Source: Coniocarpon cinnabarinum (taxonomy: Eukaryota). From it: a stretch of DNA of 64,000 nt. Shown piece by piece: positions 37,577-50,792 of the stretch; position 1 is the first letter of the stretch, and each line of letters opens with the position of its first letter. Under the pieces are notes generated by a model. That model did not search any database. It saw only the letters and a program-made list of their open reading frames with translations, and was not told the origin of the DNA. The translations under genes were made by a program, and so were the position numbers. The stretch lies in the NCBI GenBank assembly GCA_051942205.1, contig JAVECO010000118.1:1-64000 (forward strand), written 5' to 3'.

Positions 37577-38071
37577 GCGACAGTACATCTTTAATAAAGC
37601 CTTAGAGCCTGGTGTTACTGGCTCTATAGGGTTTGTCGATTGCAGCGACATGAATCACCGATTTCAGAGGTTTTGCGACAGTTGAACATCCACCACAATT
37701 TATACCCACTTGTGTGCGAAGATGAATGATCGATAGACGAAATGCTGTACCACACGCGACAATTCTTGCCAAACACATGGCTGAATGCTGGTCCCGTCTC
37801 CATCGAGTGCCGGCAAACGCTATTAACTCGGTAATGTCTGCCGCGGCCAAGATTCCCCACAGGCCAAGAAAGCTCGAGGCCAATGGGAAGGCGCATTGGC
37901 CGTTGCCCCGCGATTGCTTTGAGTCAAGTGACAGATGCCATTCCAAAGTGCCGGCCATGATCCTTCCTGGCTATATCTCATCCCCGTCTCCGTCTCGACA
38001 TTCTTTGCACAGTCATTCTTATCCCAGACAGTGTCGGACTTGCATATCGTTCCCTCACGAGCCTGTACAGC

Positions 38072-39699
38072 ATGGCCCATGTGGACGAGAAAGCGCCGTA
38101 CGCGCACCAGGCTACGTCTCGCGGCAGTGAGGACGAGAACACTGCTGATTACGTTGGTATGAGCGCCGGGCGTTATGTTGCCACGCGCATACCCACCTTA
38201 CGACCGCCCTTCGCTCCCGTACCGAACCCTTTCAAAGTGCTGGCGCTGCTAAACTTCCGGCAATGGATGTTTTTCCTCGTGGCATTCCTGGGATGGACGT
38301 GGTAAGTCAAACAGATATCGACCGCGGTCTGCGCATTCCGCTCACGCGACATGTCAGGGATGCATTCGACTTCTTTACTGTCTCCTTGACCGTTTCAGAG
38401 CTGGCTGAACAATTCAATCGTTCAAACACCGACATCACCTGGGGCATTACTCTTGTGCTGATGTTGCGCTCGGTTGGAGCCATAATTTTCGGCATATGGG
38501 CCGATCGCTGGGGGCGCAAGATCCCGTTCTGTGCCAACCTGATCCTTTTCATCGTCCTCGAGCTCGCCACTGGTTTCTGTGACACCTACCAGCAATTTCT
38601 GGGTGTTCGGGCCTTGTACGGGATAGCCATGGGTGGACTGTACGGTAACTGCGCTGCAACGGCGCTTGAAGACTGTCCAGGGCCAGCTCGAGGCATTGTC
38701 TCTGGTATGCTTCAGCAAGGGTATGCCTTCGGGTATCTCTTGGCAACGGCGTTCGCTCGTGGTCTCGTTGGTACAACATCTCATGGCTGGCGACCACTCT
38801 ATTGGTTTGGCGCTGGCCCACCCGTTCTAATCATTCTGTTTCGTCTTTGTCTTCCGGAGAACGATGCCTTCATAGAGCGTCAGCGTGTTCGCCAAGCCGG
38901 CACCAGTGTCGACAAGACGTTCATTGCCGAGGGCAAGGTCGCTCTCAAACGGCATTGGCTCCTGCTTATCTACCTGGTTCTCCTCATGGCAGGCTTTAAC
39001 TTTATGTCTCATGGCTCGCAGGACCTGTACCCGACTATGCTCGAGAATCAGTTCAACTTTTCTGCCGACAAAGTGACTGTTACGCAGGTTCTGGCGAACG
39101 TGGGCGCTATGACAGGAGGTACGATTGTCGGATATGCCTCTCAAAGTCTGGGTCGCCGTTTCTCAATCATTGTCATGTCCATCATTGGCGGCGCATTGCT
39201 CTATCCCTATGGTTTCATAGGAAACACAAAGGTGATTGCCCCTGCATTCTTCGAGCAATTTTGTGTGCAAGGAGCGTGGGGTGTGATTCCCGTGCATCTC
39301 ATGGAGTTGTCGCCTGGATCGTTCCGGACGTTTGTTGTTGGTACATCATATCAACTCGGCAACTTGGTCAGTAGTGCTAGCTCCACCATTGAAGCAAGGA
39401 TTGGCGAACGGTTTCCTCTGCCTCCAAAGGTGTCCGAGGGTAAGACCACGAAAAGATACCAGTACGGCAAGGTCATTGCCATTTTCATGGGCTGCGTTTA
39501 CGCATACGTCATATTACTGACTCTGATTGGACCTGAGAACAGAGGGGCGAAGCTGGACGTAAAACACGACACAGACCTAGCGGAGGCAGCCGGCGCTGAT
39601 AGGTACAACTCCGTAGTGAAGGATGGTGCTACCGGACACGAGAGTGCAAGCGGGAGTGATGAAGAAAAGGCCAGGGTTGGGACTAAGGAATATTCGTAG
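38072..39699 (+). CDS. JEN1: Carboxylate:H+ symporter (MFS, SHS family); intron 38302-38357
   Basis: FLGWTWDAFDFFTVS, ADRWGRK, SGMLQQGYAFGY and signature NFMSHGSQDLYPT. Confidence 0.95.
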
Positions 39700-40269
39700 A
39701 GGCTGAGGTGGTGACCTGACTTTCTGCGTCTGTACATATTGATGCGCGTCTTGCATTAACGACAGAGCGAATGGCATTTGCATTAAAACCAAGGCATAAT
39801 TCACCAGTAATCGAAAAGCATTAGAGCGCAGGTATTCGAGACAATCTGCACGTGACATTGAAATCGAATCACGTGAGAAGCTGTACAACGCTGCGGGAGT
39901 CTTTGGCAGCGTCGTATTAATGCAAGGTAAGATGACCTCCAGCCAACGACCACGAGCCGATCGTCAGTCCGACCGCAGGACACAGGCAGGTCTCGCTAAA
40001 ATTAGCCTGTCATCTGCTGCTCGCAGGTGCATCAGCCCTTTCTAGGTCCCCGAAGTTGCCACGTGCTTCCCCATTCCCCTCGCTTGCCCCGTCACAGCTG
40101 AACTCACCACGATATAAGGCTGCCAGTATCGAGTGGACGTCAATCTGCGTTTGCTCGTCTCTTTTGGCTTCATCTATCGATGCTCCATTTCCTTGCCTTC
40201 GCTTAGTCTTCGATACTTCTCGTATATCCCTCTGGTGGGATAGTGTTTCCCAGAAGATAGTCCACTGAC

Positions 40270-41428
40270 ATGGCCAACTTTCTCAACATGGCCCAACAGG
40301 CCGCTCAGTCTTACATGGGCCAGCAGAATCATCCGCCTCAAGCGCCTCCATCTCCCATGCCGCACAACAGCTTCGGTGGTCCTTCGCCCTATCACCCGGG
40401 CCCTGGCGGTCCTCCACCGCAGCAGCCTCAATACCAAGGACCGCCGCCTCCTCGTAAGTTGCTGTGCGCTACTGTTGAAGATCAGCACATCACTCACCTC
40501 GAGAGCAGCTCACGCACCTCCAGCGCCACCATGCCGTGCACCCTGGATACCCATTTGGGATGATCGGTAAGTCTGACTCGCGAATCACTGATCAACGTTT
40601 TTAACAAGGTTGCCAGTGCACAACGGTACTACTTCGAAGATACACACACTCGTCAGACCACTTGGGAATACCCTGGTCCTCCACCTGGCTTTGCTCCACC
40701 CCCCTCAGGAGGATCTCCCTACCCAGCCGCAGGCCATCAAAATGTCACGGTGACCGAGAAAGAGAAATCACACTCTGGTGGCGGCTACGGTAAAGTCGCC
40801 TTGGGTGTAGCCGGTGGAGCAATCGGCGGGGCATTACTTGCACACGGAGCTCATGAGGTGCATGAATCTTGGGAGGAAGATAAACATCGCGTAGAAGAAC
40901 GCTTTGAACGCCCCTATGAAGGCGGACATGCACAGTACCGCCGCGAATACGGCGAATCGGAGTATGGGCGACGTCCGGAGTATGTGTCAGAAGAGCGACG
41001 TGAGTACATTGATGACAGGCCAGGCTACACGCGCGAGAGTGAGACGGTCTACTACGAGGATGATGAAATCCGAAGGAGAAGAGAGTATGGAGACCGCTAT
41101 GACACGGGTGACTACGTGGAAGAGAGGGTTGAAACGTATGGTGACGATGCAGCACGGTGGGCTGGAAGACAGGAGGAGCGTATTGAAGACTTCCCCGACA
41201 ATGCAGCCCGGTGGACAGGAGAGAAGGTGCAAGAAGTTGTATGTGCTGTCTGCAAGGAAGTATCGACGACTGCTAATAATGGCACAGGAGGACATCCCTG
41301 AAAACATCGAGCAGAGCTATGATCGGTTCGAAGATCGTGTGGAGGACTTTGGTGACAGAGTCGAAGATGACTTTGACGCAGGAAGAGCTGAGCAATACGA
41401 CGATGATCGTGGCGACGGTGGCTGGTAG
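40270..41428 (+). CDS. WW-domain protein with Pro-rich N-terminus, Gly-zipper segment and acidic repeat tail, 4 exons
   Basis: Spliced PWIPIWDDRAQRYYFEDTHTRQTTWEYP, then GVAGGAIGGALLAH and DDAARWAGRQEERIEDFPDNAARWTGEKVQEV. Confidence 0.8.
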
Positions 41429-41728
41429 AAGCCCACGATTTCTTCAACGCATTATCCACGTCCATACAGCCTTATGGCCATTATGCTCTCGAATACGGTT
41501 GCGGTGCGTATGAACAGTGCTTTGCGAAATGGAAGCTGTATCTTCTTTGTCAACATTTCATCATGATTGGTCGATCCATAAGATGTTATTGTGCAGCTTT
41601 CTTTGTCTGAAAAACACTGTGTGATTCCGCTGCCATTGGATTGTCGACTTTAAGGTTGCCCCCAAACCACTTCTGACGGATCTCTCGGTATTACACCGGT
41701 CAGTTGATTGTACGCCCTACTAAATACA

Positions 41729-43018
41729 ATGGTGAAGATTACCCTTTCTAAGTCCCTTCTCATCCCGGAGCGCCTAGCGCGCTTCTCATCTAATGCTCCA
41801 GAAGACTTGCTTAGGAAGCATTTGGCTCGCTTCCACCTCTTTCCAAAGGTAATTGAAATCCAGCTTGATAGTTCATACCTGTTTGAAACTCTCAGCCGCG
41901 TAGTCTCTGGTCGTCGTCAAAATACTGACGGCGGGCCCGATGGGGTTTGTCATCCTCACATCCAGAAAGCCCTCGAACGTCGTACTGACCGGTATATCCG
42001 TGAGGCAGCCAAGTTCGCAGGATACCCCGATAGCCGAGTTCAATCTTTAACCCTCTCCGTTTTGGAAGGCGTCTTTGTCCAATCGCTCGAGGTACACCGA
42101 CGGATACGCAAGGCATGCGAGAAAATCAACCGCAAGGCCTTGTTCGAAACCATCAACAAATTGTCCAGCCAGATACAGATTGCTCAGTGGCGCTGCAATG
42201 TTGCCGATGATGGTATTGCGTTGAAGGCTGCTGTTCGACAGGGGAACGAGGCATATTACCAATTGCAAAGCGTCATGGGTCCACCATCTCAGCTCGAGCT
42301 CGAGCTTGCAGTCGCTGGATGTGTTGTAGCACGACTTGGTTTGCTCGTCCGACGACTGCGCGCTCAGCTAAAACCTACATCGTGTAAGTGCACCCTCCCA
42401 CGTGGCCCTTTCATTGACGCAGACCAGACCGAGCCTGATGTCATGCGACGCGGCCTTGAGAAGAAAATGAAGAAGACTAAGCGCGTCAATTTTGAAGCAA
42501 AGGGTGTCAAGGTGAGGAAATCAAGTCGTTGTAGCTCGGTAAGTGAATATTCACTACGCAGGAGTGTTGACCAACGTCAGCGCACTGCGTTCTCGAGGCG
42601 CAGCTCGATGTATCAACCTGGAAAGTGGGCTGATACGAGTGGCAATGGATATGTCAATACAAGTGGTTGGAGAATAGACAGAGAGAAATGGGAGGCGCAA
42701 TTCGACCAGCCAACCAAAGACCAAAGCTCAACGAACCTCAAACCGAGTCCCCATCCACACCGGGCGTCGCTCAACATCAGCAATAACATTTCAAGAAGTA
42801 ACGGACTCGACGACGAAAATTGCACTGCACTTCCGAGATGGATTGACGGACCAACGCTTGCAAAGGCGCGAGACGTTCAAGACTTGCTCACGCGAGAGAA
42901 TGATGGAGGTTCTGAGAAAGAATCAAAACCGATCAAGCGCTGGAAAACTATAGGACGGTTGCAAAAAGTGTACCGTCGGATGAGTGATCAACGCGAGAGG
43001 GCACGTGGAATTATGTAG
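41729..43018 (+). CDS. Hypothetical protein, about 429 aa
   Basis: Long uninterrupted ORF from ATG 41729. No domain recognised. Confidence 0.7.
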   Translation: MVKITLSKSLLIPERLARFSSNAPEDLLRKHLARFHLFPKVIEIQLDSSYLFETLSRVVSGRRQNTDGGPDGVCHPHIQKALERRTDRYIREAAKFAGYPDSRVQSLTLSVLEGVFVQSLEVHRRIRKACEKINRKALFETINKLSSQIQIAQWRCNVADDGIALKAAVRQGNEAYYQLQSVMGPPSQLELELAVAGCVVARLGLLVRRLRAQLKPTSCKCTLPRGPFIDADQTEPDVMRRGLEKKMKKTKRVNFEAKGVKVRKSSRCSSVSEYSLRRSVDQRQRTAFSRRSSMYQPGKWADTSGNGYVNTSGWRIDREKWEAQFDQPTKDQSSTNLKPSPHPHRASLNISNNISRSNGLDDENCTALPRWIDGPTLAKARDVQDLLTRENDGGSEKESKPIKRWKTIGRLQKVYRRMSDQRERARGIM

Positions 43019-43138
43019 ATCAAACGACAGCTGTATCAGATATGTGTAGAGGAGGGCATAGGTCTTCAAGTATCTTATGAAGCTTTCAAGATAAGAGAAT
43101 GACTTGGCTGCTTGAAGCTCGATGCTTAAGCGTGGAGA

Positions 43139-43207
43139 GTCACGTGCGATGTATGCATCGATGATACGTTCCGAGGCACGTGATGCCGAACAGATTACGG
43201 ACCTCGG
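43139..43207. promoter_or_regulatory. Two FarA/CTF1-type CCTCGG sites and two CACGTG E-boxes upstream of thiolase
   Basis: CCGAGG at 43171-43176, CCTCGG at 43202-43207, CACGTG at 43141 and 43177. CCTCGG is the established FarA/FarB motif of fatty-acid catabolism genes in Aspergillus. Confidence 0.65.
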
Positions 43208-43371
43208 CTCTTCACAAGCGTCAATTCTGACAACCGGCTAGGTGCTCTTCTTACTTCGCTGTTGTTCAAGTTTGCCAAATTCCTTTGTTTTCATTCTATC
43301 GTGCATTCGAGTACTCTGATTTATCAGATTCATAACTTCAGCCATCGGAACACTTCAGGACCGCAAGCACA

Positions 43372-44837
43372 ATGGCCGCAGAACGACTCTCATCAATCTT
43401 GTCCCACATCACCCCCACCAAGGGCGGGCTTTCGCAAATGTACGCTTCTTGGCTTTTCCTCAAGGTAGAGACGCACACTGACTATGTTACAGCACATCTC
43501 AGAATCCTGATGGTATTTGCAAAGCTCTAGATTTTCCGCCGTCTCATCTTTAAGCTGAAACGAGGACTTAGATGTCGTAATAACGCTTGCTCTCCGCACG
43601 CCCCTCACCAAGGCAGGCAAGGGTGGCTTCAAGGATACCAACCTCGATGGCATGCTTTATAAGCTGCTGGTCCAAGTAAAAAACAAGTCAAACATTGACC
43701 CCCAGATGGTGGAAGATATCTGCGTCGGCAATGTACGTTTCTAGCTGCTTTGCGTGTGACTCGCTTGCTGTTCGACACCTAGCCGGCACTTGGCACTCTT
43801 TCATTCGAATCCAAACTAACGCGATACATTAGGTCGGCGACAGCAAAGCCGCCTACTACGTCCGGGCCGCGTCGCTTGCGGCTGGCTTCCCTAATACCAC
43901 GGGCGCCTCGTCTGTAAATCGTTTCTGCTCCTCAGGTCTCAAAGCCGTGCAAGACATCGCCAACCAAATCCACATGGGTAGTATTGAGTGCGGTATTGCT
44001 TTGGGTGCTGAGTCCATGTCTACGCCGGGCGAGGGCATGCAAGCCTTTTCTCCAGAGGTCATGAACTCTGAGAGCGAGGCCAAGGACTGCCTGCAGCCGA
44101 TGGGTCAGACATCTGAGAATGTGGGCAAGGACTTCAACATCACACGCGAGTTGCAAGATCGCTATGCTGCCGAAAGCTATGCACGTGCCGAACGAGCACA
44201 AAAGGCAGGCTGGTTTGACGATGAGATAGCACCTGTGAAGGTGACGATTGAAGACCCTAAGACAGGAGAGGAGAAGCAGGTTGTTATTTCCAAGGATGAG
44301 GGCATCCGATACGGCACGACATATGAGTCGCTCTCGAAGATCCGGCCCGCGTTCAAGATGTTCGGCGACAAGTCCACAGGTGGCAACTCATCGCAGGTGA
44401 CAGATGGAGCCGCTGCGGTGTTACTCATGAAGCGATCAAAAGCGATCGAGATGAAGCAACCCATCATGGGCAAATTCGTCGGTGCAACGGTTGCAGGCTT
44501 GGCTCCCCGCATCATGGGTATCGGCCCATCCATCGCCATTCCCAAGCTCTTAGGCAAGCTGAACATCTCCCTAGACCAGGTTGATGTCGTGGAGCTCAAC
44601 GAGGCCTTTGCGAGTATGGCTGTATACTGCAAAGACACATTGAAGATTCCATATGAGAAGATGAATCCACGGGGTGGCGCTATTGCGCTAGGCCATCCTC
44701 TGGGGTGCACGGGCGCCAGACAGATCGTCACGGGCCTGAGCGAGTGCCGAAGGCAGAAGAAGAAGATTCTGCTGACGAGTATGTGCATTGGGACAGGTCA
44801 AGGAATGGCCGCTTTGATTGTGAACGAGCAAGTTTGA
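43372..44837 (+). CDS. POT1: Peroxisomal 3-ketoacyl-CoA thiolase, 4 exons including a 20-nt exon (43493-43512)
   Basis: PTS2-like RLSSILSHI, VNRFCSSGL, NEAFAS, GGAIALGHPLGCTG and SMCIGTGQG. Confidence 0.95.
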
Positions 44838-45097
44838 GACTGGCGGACACTGTGAGTCTTACATGATGGTTGTGTGTCTAGTCTTGGCTTCTGGAAAGCG
44901 AGGTTTGATGGCTAATGATGTATCCTTTGTATATATTCATGTCAAAAAAGTCGAAGCACTTGCATCATGATTTTCCCATCCGTTCTCAAGCTCTTGTTCC
45001 TAAATTTGGACCTGTTATGTAAGCCTCCTCCAACATGGTGGTATCTAATCCCAGGTTTCTTTTACGTTCATACCAAATCGTCATGTTTATCGTTTTA

Positions 45098-46504
45098 TCA
45101 TCTATACAAAAGTCCATAGACATACTCGCCTATGGCAATGCTACTTGTCAATCCTGGGCTCTCGATTCCTAACAGATTCACAAACGTCGCTCCCTCACTA
45201 ATCTTATCATCCTCTCTTCGTATATAGAAGTCCTCAAAGCCCTTGCCCGCCGTTGCACTACCGCCTCGATTCAGCTTCGGCCGAATGCCACAGTAATCTA
45301 ACGTAACCGCACTTCGATCCAATCGAGGAAAGTAACTTTGGATATCGTCAAGTGCCCGCTTGAACCTCTCGGCGTCTTCGTTAGGCTTGTAATCGTTCGA
45401 GTCGTCGACCCATTCCACGTCTGGTCCGAAGCGTATTCGTCCACCCATGTCTAGCGTTAGATGAGTCCCTAAGCCGCCATGGCCGGGCACCGGTGCGGGA
45501 TAGATCAACGTGGACGCTTTTGGCTTCGACAATGTATACGAGAAGTAAGTTCCCTTTGCGTAGGCGGGTTGTCGTCGGTGCTCGGGCGGTAGGAGGGCAT
45601 TTGAAAGTGCAATTGCCGCTAGACCTGCTGAGTTTATTACTGTCTCGCTGCTTATGCTCGTTGCCCCTTCTCTTTCCGGATCGACACACTGGAAGGGTGC
45701 TTCTTTCTGCCCTCGCTGCTGCTCTGCTCTCTTCTGCGCCTCGTCGACATCTCGCGTCCATACTTTCCATTGCCTGTCCGACCGGTCCACCCTTACAACG
45801 TCGCTTCCCAGCGCCACTGTACCTCCTGCGTCCTCAAACTCTCCCATGAGTGCTTGCATCAAACCATGGCTGTCTACAATGCCAGTAGAGCTGCTCTCAA
45901 GCACCCCGGCCTCAGCTCTCACGTCAGGCTCCCGTCTCCGCGCCTCATCGCGGCCAATCCATCGCATCGGGATTGCCCTTTCGTCTTCCAGTCCTGCTCC
46001 CTTGAACCCGGTTCCCCACTGCCCACCCAGACCGTCGCCACTGCCGTCATCCACATCTCGCGAAAAACTCTCCACATTTTCCAGTGCAGCTAATTGCGTT
46101 TCGTCTTGCGCTACAAGCCACTTGCCCGTCCGCTTGACGGGCACCCCCATGCGCTCGCAAAATGCATACAACGCATTTTTACCTTGCAGACAAAGTCTGG
46201 TCTTCAATGAACCATGACCGTAGTAAAGCCCAGCATGAATCACTTCACTGTTGCGACTAGACGTCTCCGTGCCGACCGCTTGGTGACGATCCAGGAGCAG
46301 GACTGAATTGTGTGGGTGCTGCTGGAGGCGGCGAGCGATCGCGAGACCGACAGCTCCCGAGCCAATGATCGTGTGTGTAAAGTCTGCATGTGAGCATCTG
46401 GTGTTACTGAAGCAGCGAACAGAGTCGAGGAACTTCCGTTTTGAAAGGTCCCTGCTGCGAACCCTGGTCGAGGGGCGACAGATGACAAGGGCAGGCGATC
46501 TCAT
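45098..46504 (-). CDS. L2HGDH: L-2-hydroxyglutarate dehydrogenase-like FAD oxidoreductase
   Basis: IIGSGAVGLA, TETSSRNSEVIHAGLYY, GLGTHLTLD, FGPDVEW and NLLGIESPGLTSS, with a mitochondrial-type presequence. Confidence 0.93.
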   Translation of the reverse strand: MRSPALVICRPSTRVRSRDLSKRKFLDSVRCFSNTRCSHADFTHTIIGSGAVGLAIARRLQQHPHNSVLLLDRHQAVGTETSSRNSEVIHAGLYYGHGSLKTRLCLQGKNALYAFCERMGVPVKRTGKWLVAQDETQLAALENVESFSRDVDDGSGDGLGGQWGTGFKGAGLEDERAIPMRWIGRDEARRREPDVRAEAGVLESSSTGIVDSHGLMQALMGEFEDAGGTVALGSDVVRVDRSDRQWKVWTRDVDEAQKRAEQQRGQKEAPFQCVDPEREGATSISSETVINSAGLAAIALSNALLPPEHRRQPAYAKGTYFSYTLSKPKASTLIYPAPVPGHGGLGTHLTLDMGGRIRFGPDVEWVDDSNDYKPNEDAERFKRALDDIQSYFPRLDRSAVTLDYCGIRPKLNRGGSATAGKGFEDFYIRREDDKISEGATFVNLLGIESPGLTSSIAIGEYVYGLLYR

Positions 46505-46962
46505 TCTTTATGCAATGACTTGTGCATTGTTACACTTTTGAGACACCAAATGTGCGCGACACCTCCCATTGAGCGATATGCGGTGCATGTTGAAACTACA
46601 AAACGTGACCATTCCTTAAATGTCACGTGACTATCTTGAATTATCAGGAGAAGATCGCTTGGCGTCTCCGCAGTCCCATGGAAGACTAGGTACAGTTGAC
46701 ACATCCCTATACCAAAGAACCCCGTCCTGCAACGTACCGAAGCTGTGATGAACAGCACGTGTGCACAGACGCCTTGCCTATCCTTGACCGTGGATGGCGT
46801 ATGCGATGCACTCGATCACTAGACCTGGGTCAGGCGCGCCCAGACTCGGGTATCACGGCACGGCGCGTCCCTCGCCTACTTGATCCCCTTGTTGACGCCT
46901 TGCCGTGGTCCCATTGCTCTGCTTGCATCGTCAGTGCCAAAGTGGAAGCCTAGCAGGGCACC

Positions 46963-48750
46963 ATGTTGACCCAAAAGCTTTTTCGTATTCCGTCCAGCAT
47001 CTGTGGCCTGCTTGCATTAGCAGCAGCCGCGGCAGCGTCTCCCACTTCGCCAGGACGTGATCTCTCACGGAATGTCGAGGGATCAGCTGGACTGGTCCGT
47101 TCGACGAACGTGTACCTGTCCTCTAATGACAGGCATGACGTGTCTACGAATTCGAAAGATGCAAATGTCGATGATACACGTCCGACGTGTGTAGTACAAC
47201 CAGCACCAGACGGGGCTGATTCCGCGCCTGCTATTCTGAGCGCTTTCGCAGAGTGTGGTCAGAACGGCAATGTTGTGTTCACGAATGATACGTATAACGT
47301 AGCAACTGTGATGAACACCACGGGGCTTAACAATTGCAATGTCAAAATCAATGGCACCCTTTTGGTGAGGATGCTTTGCACCTTGCAGTATCTATAACTA
47401 TTGCTTATTGCCGTCCTCATCAGTGGTCGACCGACATTGACTATTGGCTCAACAATTCTTTGCCAATGGGCTACCAGAATCAGTCCACCGCTTGGCTGTT
47501 TGGTGGATCTAACGTGACAATGGAAGGATTTGGAGTCGGGACATTGAACGGCAATGGGCAAGTATGGTACGAGTTCAACGCCGGCCGCTCCAACTACCCC
47601 CGTAGGCCACACGCCATCACATACAGCGGACTCTCCGACTCTCTGGTGCAAGGGATGCGGTTTCTGCAGTCCCAGATGTGGGTAAGTTCAGCTAAGTCAA
47701 TACACGCCGTGACTGAGCGCAGCAGACTAATCACTTCCATCAGACAATGACTCTGATACACAGCGAGAATGTTCTGTTGCAGGATATATACATCGATAAC
47801 TCAGCTACTAACGGCGCTTCGAATATCAATACCGATGGTGCTGATACGATCTATGCGAACAACATTACTTTCACCAATTGGACAGTCATCAATGGAGACG
47901 ACAGCATCTCTCCAAAGGCAAATTCTACGAACATTTTCATCAACGACTGTGAGTTCCGTGATGGTATGAGTATAGCTATTGGCAGCATTGGACAGTATAA
48001 CGGCGTATTCGAGTTTATCGAGAACGTCACTGCGACAAATATTCGCCTTTACAACACAAAGCAAGTGCAATGTATCATTCTGAATTGAAATTGTGTGCTA
48101 ACGGAATGCTAGATACGCAGCGTATGAGCGGTTTGTTCAACTTGTTGTTTACACATGCTAATGATGACCACAGACGTGTAAAAACCTTCACGGGCATTCC
48201 ACAAGGCTACCCGCCCAACGGTGGTGGAGGTGGGATTGGCTGTAAGCTTCCATGCGGACACTGTGCTGCCTCCTTTATAAGAAAGCTGACTCACAGATAG
48301 ATGCTTCGAACCTTCGTACGTTTGCCAGTCACTGCCGTGTTGAAGCGAGATCACCCTCAAGTTGCAGAGACATGTCGGCTTCATGAGCTAATGTCGTCTT
48401 CAGATTTCTCAAACTTCACCGCAACCAATATTCTCAGCCCATGGAGCATCACTCAGTGTACAAGCTTCGAAGGCGACAGCGCAGGCTGCGATACATCGTT
48501 ATTTGAAATTCGCGACGTTAAGTTCACAGATGTGCAAGGAACAGTTGACCCCGCCGATAACGGCGTTGTTGCAAAAATGGATTGCAGCGGAGCAAGCAAC
48601 TGCACCAACATCGCCATCGAGCGCATTGATCTGAAGGATGCTTCCTCCGGCGCCGAAGCATCGCAGTATCTGTGTGATCATGTAGTTGATCCCATTGGAT
48701 TCATGTGTACTGGGCAGGCTTCGCTTGCGTCATTGAACACAGCGGTATGA
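46963..48750 (+). CDS. Secreted GH28 exo-acting pectinase (RgxB / exo-rhamnogalacturonase-like), about 7 exons
   Basis: Signal peptide, NTDG, GDD, IAIGSIGQY (no GHG His), RVKTFTG and GYPPNGGGGG. Confidence 0.88.
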
Positions 48751-50579
48751 GCCTGGACTTCCGTTGTCCTTGTTTTGCATCCTTTGATGCAGAAGGCTGA
48801 CTACGTCTAGATACCAGCTGCGTTTACCTGGACGCAAAGGGCTGGTGCCTCGGTTCTCAATGGCGCTGCAAAGTGGATGGGAGCGACGAAGCAATCGCCT
48901 CTGTCTTAAAAAGTCGACCCGAGTCAACGCGCTCGGAACGGATAAAAAAACGTATCAGCAAAATATGCAGTATTTATTCGCTTCTACAGTCCTTCACACA
49001 CACGGTGTCGTTATTAGTACTTTTTTCACGCCCAACGAAACGGCTAATAACTTGTTATGTCGCATCAACGATCAGTTTTCACGCCAGTTGAAGCTCTACG
49101 CAATCATGTTCACAGGTTTTAACTAAGATCCAGTTTGTTGACCGTGTCTCATGTGCTTCTGCTCGTAAAGTTGAATCATGCAAAGCTCACATAAGGCTTG
49201 CTGCCTATTCCTGCCTTGCACGAATTTGCAGATCGACTCGTACAACGCTTCGTACCAGAGTCAGCAAGCTCTCTAGGTCCTTGCATGCGGAGACCGCAGG
49301 CATCAAAGCACTAAGCTATTGCCAACGCCTGTGAATAGTATTATGTGATTAGTATATCCCGGCTCTGCCGAGGTTAACTGAGAAGCAGTGAGGGCAGTCT
49401 TCGGGTCAAGCGGCTGTGCCTTTCGAGCTTCGTCTACGATAGCTTGCCCTTGCAGGTACAAAAAAGTGAAGTATCCTTGACACGTTCTCTTTCTCAGCCT
49501 AGCCCTTGCAGTTGCTTCAGACAACGTGGGGCTGGAAGTGTAGATGCGTGCAGATGAGGGTCTTCTTGCCAGTCAAGCTCGATTCATGTGGCGCACGAGG
49601 CCGTATCGTCTTCCTCGACGACGAATTTGCCGGAGTTCAAGTGCATGGGCAGACTCGTGTGCTAGGAAGTGACTCAGCTATGAATGCTGCAACACTAAGC
49701 TGCAGAGAAGAAAGGCTTCAGCCTTCGTGACTTGTTCCAGGGGAGATCGGCGAAGAGTAATCAACGCGAACATAATGGCAAGCTAGACGCCAGAAAAGGG
49801 ATTTGTCGAATATCTCAGAGTACGACAACGCTGCTCATTGTTGAATTGTGAGCTGAAAAAGCTTGCGGAAAGCTGTATATCAATCTCTAGAAGCGCGAAG
49901 CTTGTCCAACGTCTGCTGCCGCTAGACCGAGCCATTAAGATCTTGGGACGATTTTCATGTAGCGAACGTAGCTCCACTATGACAGGATTACTCTAGAGTC
50001 TACCTATTGACACGGCAATTGAGTCAACAGTAACAACGTGATCCTCACTTCCTTCCGGAATTAGATATGATAACAGAGTGTTGGAGACGAGAGCGACATG
50101 AGCATTGAGCTTGTGATCTATGGCACTGGTTGACAAGCTCGTTTAGCATACAGACAAGCCAGGATGGCATGCAACGTGGCGTGACCGCGAGGTGAGGTGC
50201 AATGGTAGGAGTAAGGGTATGCTCGGCTGGTCTTGATGGTGTAGGTATGAAAAGGGGTTAGGAAGCGGAGGATTAGAATTGAGCTTAGCCCGGCTTAGAC
50301 AGTGTAGACATGCACAAGCAATGACAAGACATGGTCAACTCCACCAGAATGATCACATTTTGCGACACCCAGGATTCAGATGACAAGAGACGCGAGAGGT
50401 GTCCGCCAGCAAGGCACGCTTAGAGGATTGTGCTTTGAGTCTAAGATGACACTCTGCTTTATAGGATCAAAGCCCGATTTCTTGCTCACTCGGTGAACCA
50501 AGAACGCCCGTACGTCGATATATGCTTTGCATCGTTCGATATATCAAACGATACAATTCCAAACGTTGAGATTTGTCAA

Positions 50580-50792
50580 TCACCTGTTCCAGAAATCCAA
50601 GAAGTCCTTTTGTTTGTTGCGGCTGTCCTCCTCCTTCTTCTTCTGCTGCTCGGGGGTCTCTTTTGGTTGTTCCGGCTGAGATGGCTGTGCCGGGGTATTG
50701 TCTTGTTTCTTCTTGCCTCCAAGGTTTACTTTGTGGCCGAAGATAGACTAGGTGCTACCGGTGTCTTTGCTGTTGTCTTTGTCGCCTGGCAT
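50580..50792 (-). pseudogene. Small hydrophilic ORF (70 codons) with one in-frame TAG; apparent paralog of 52345-52545
   Basis: MPGDKDNSKDTGST*SIFGHKVNLGGKKKQDNTPAQPSQPEQPKETPEQQKKKEEDSRNKQKDFLDFWNR. TAG at 50750-50748. Start context CAAG-ATG-CC and upstream TATAAA. Confidence 0.55.

Noticed and set aside
38072..48750. JEN1, thiolase, L2HGDH and GH28 as a metabolic gene cluster
   Set aside because: They belong to different pathways and compartments, unrelated genes are interspersed, and no cluster regulator or backbone enzyme is present.
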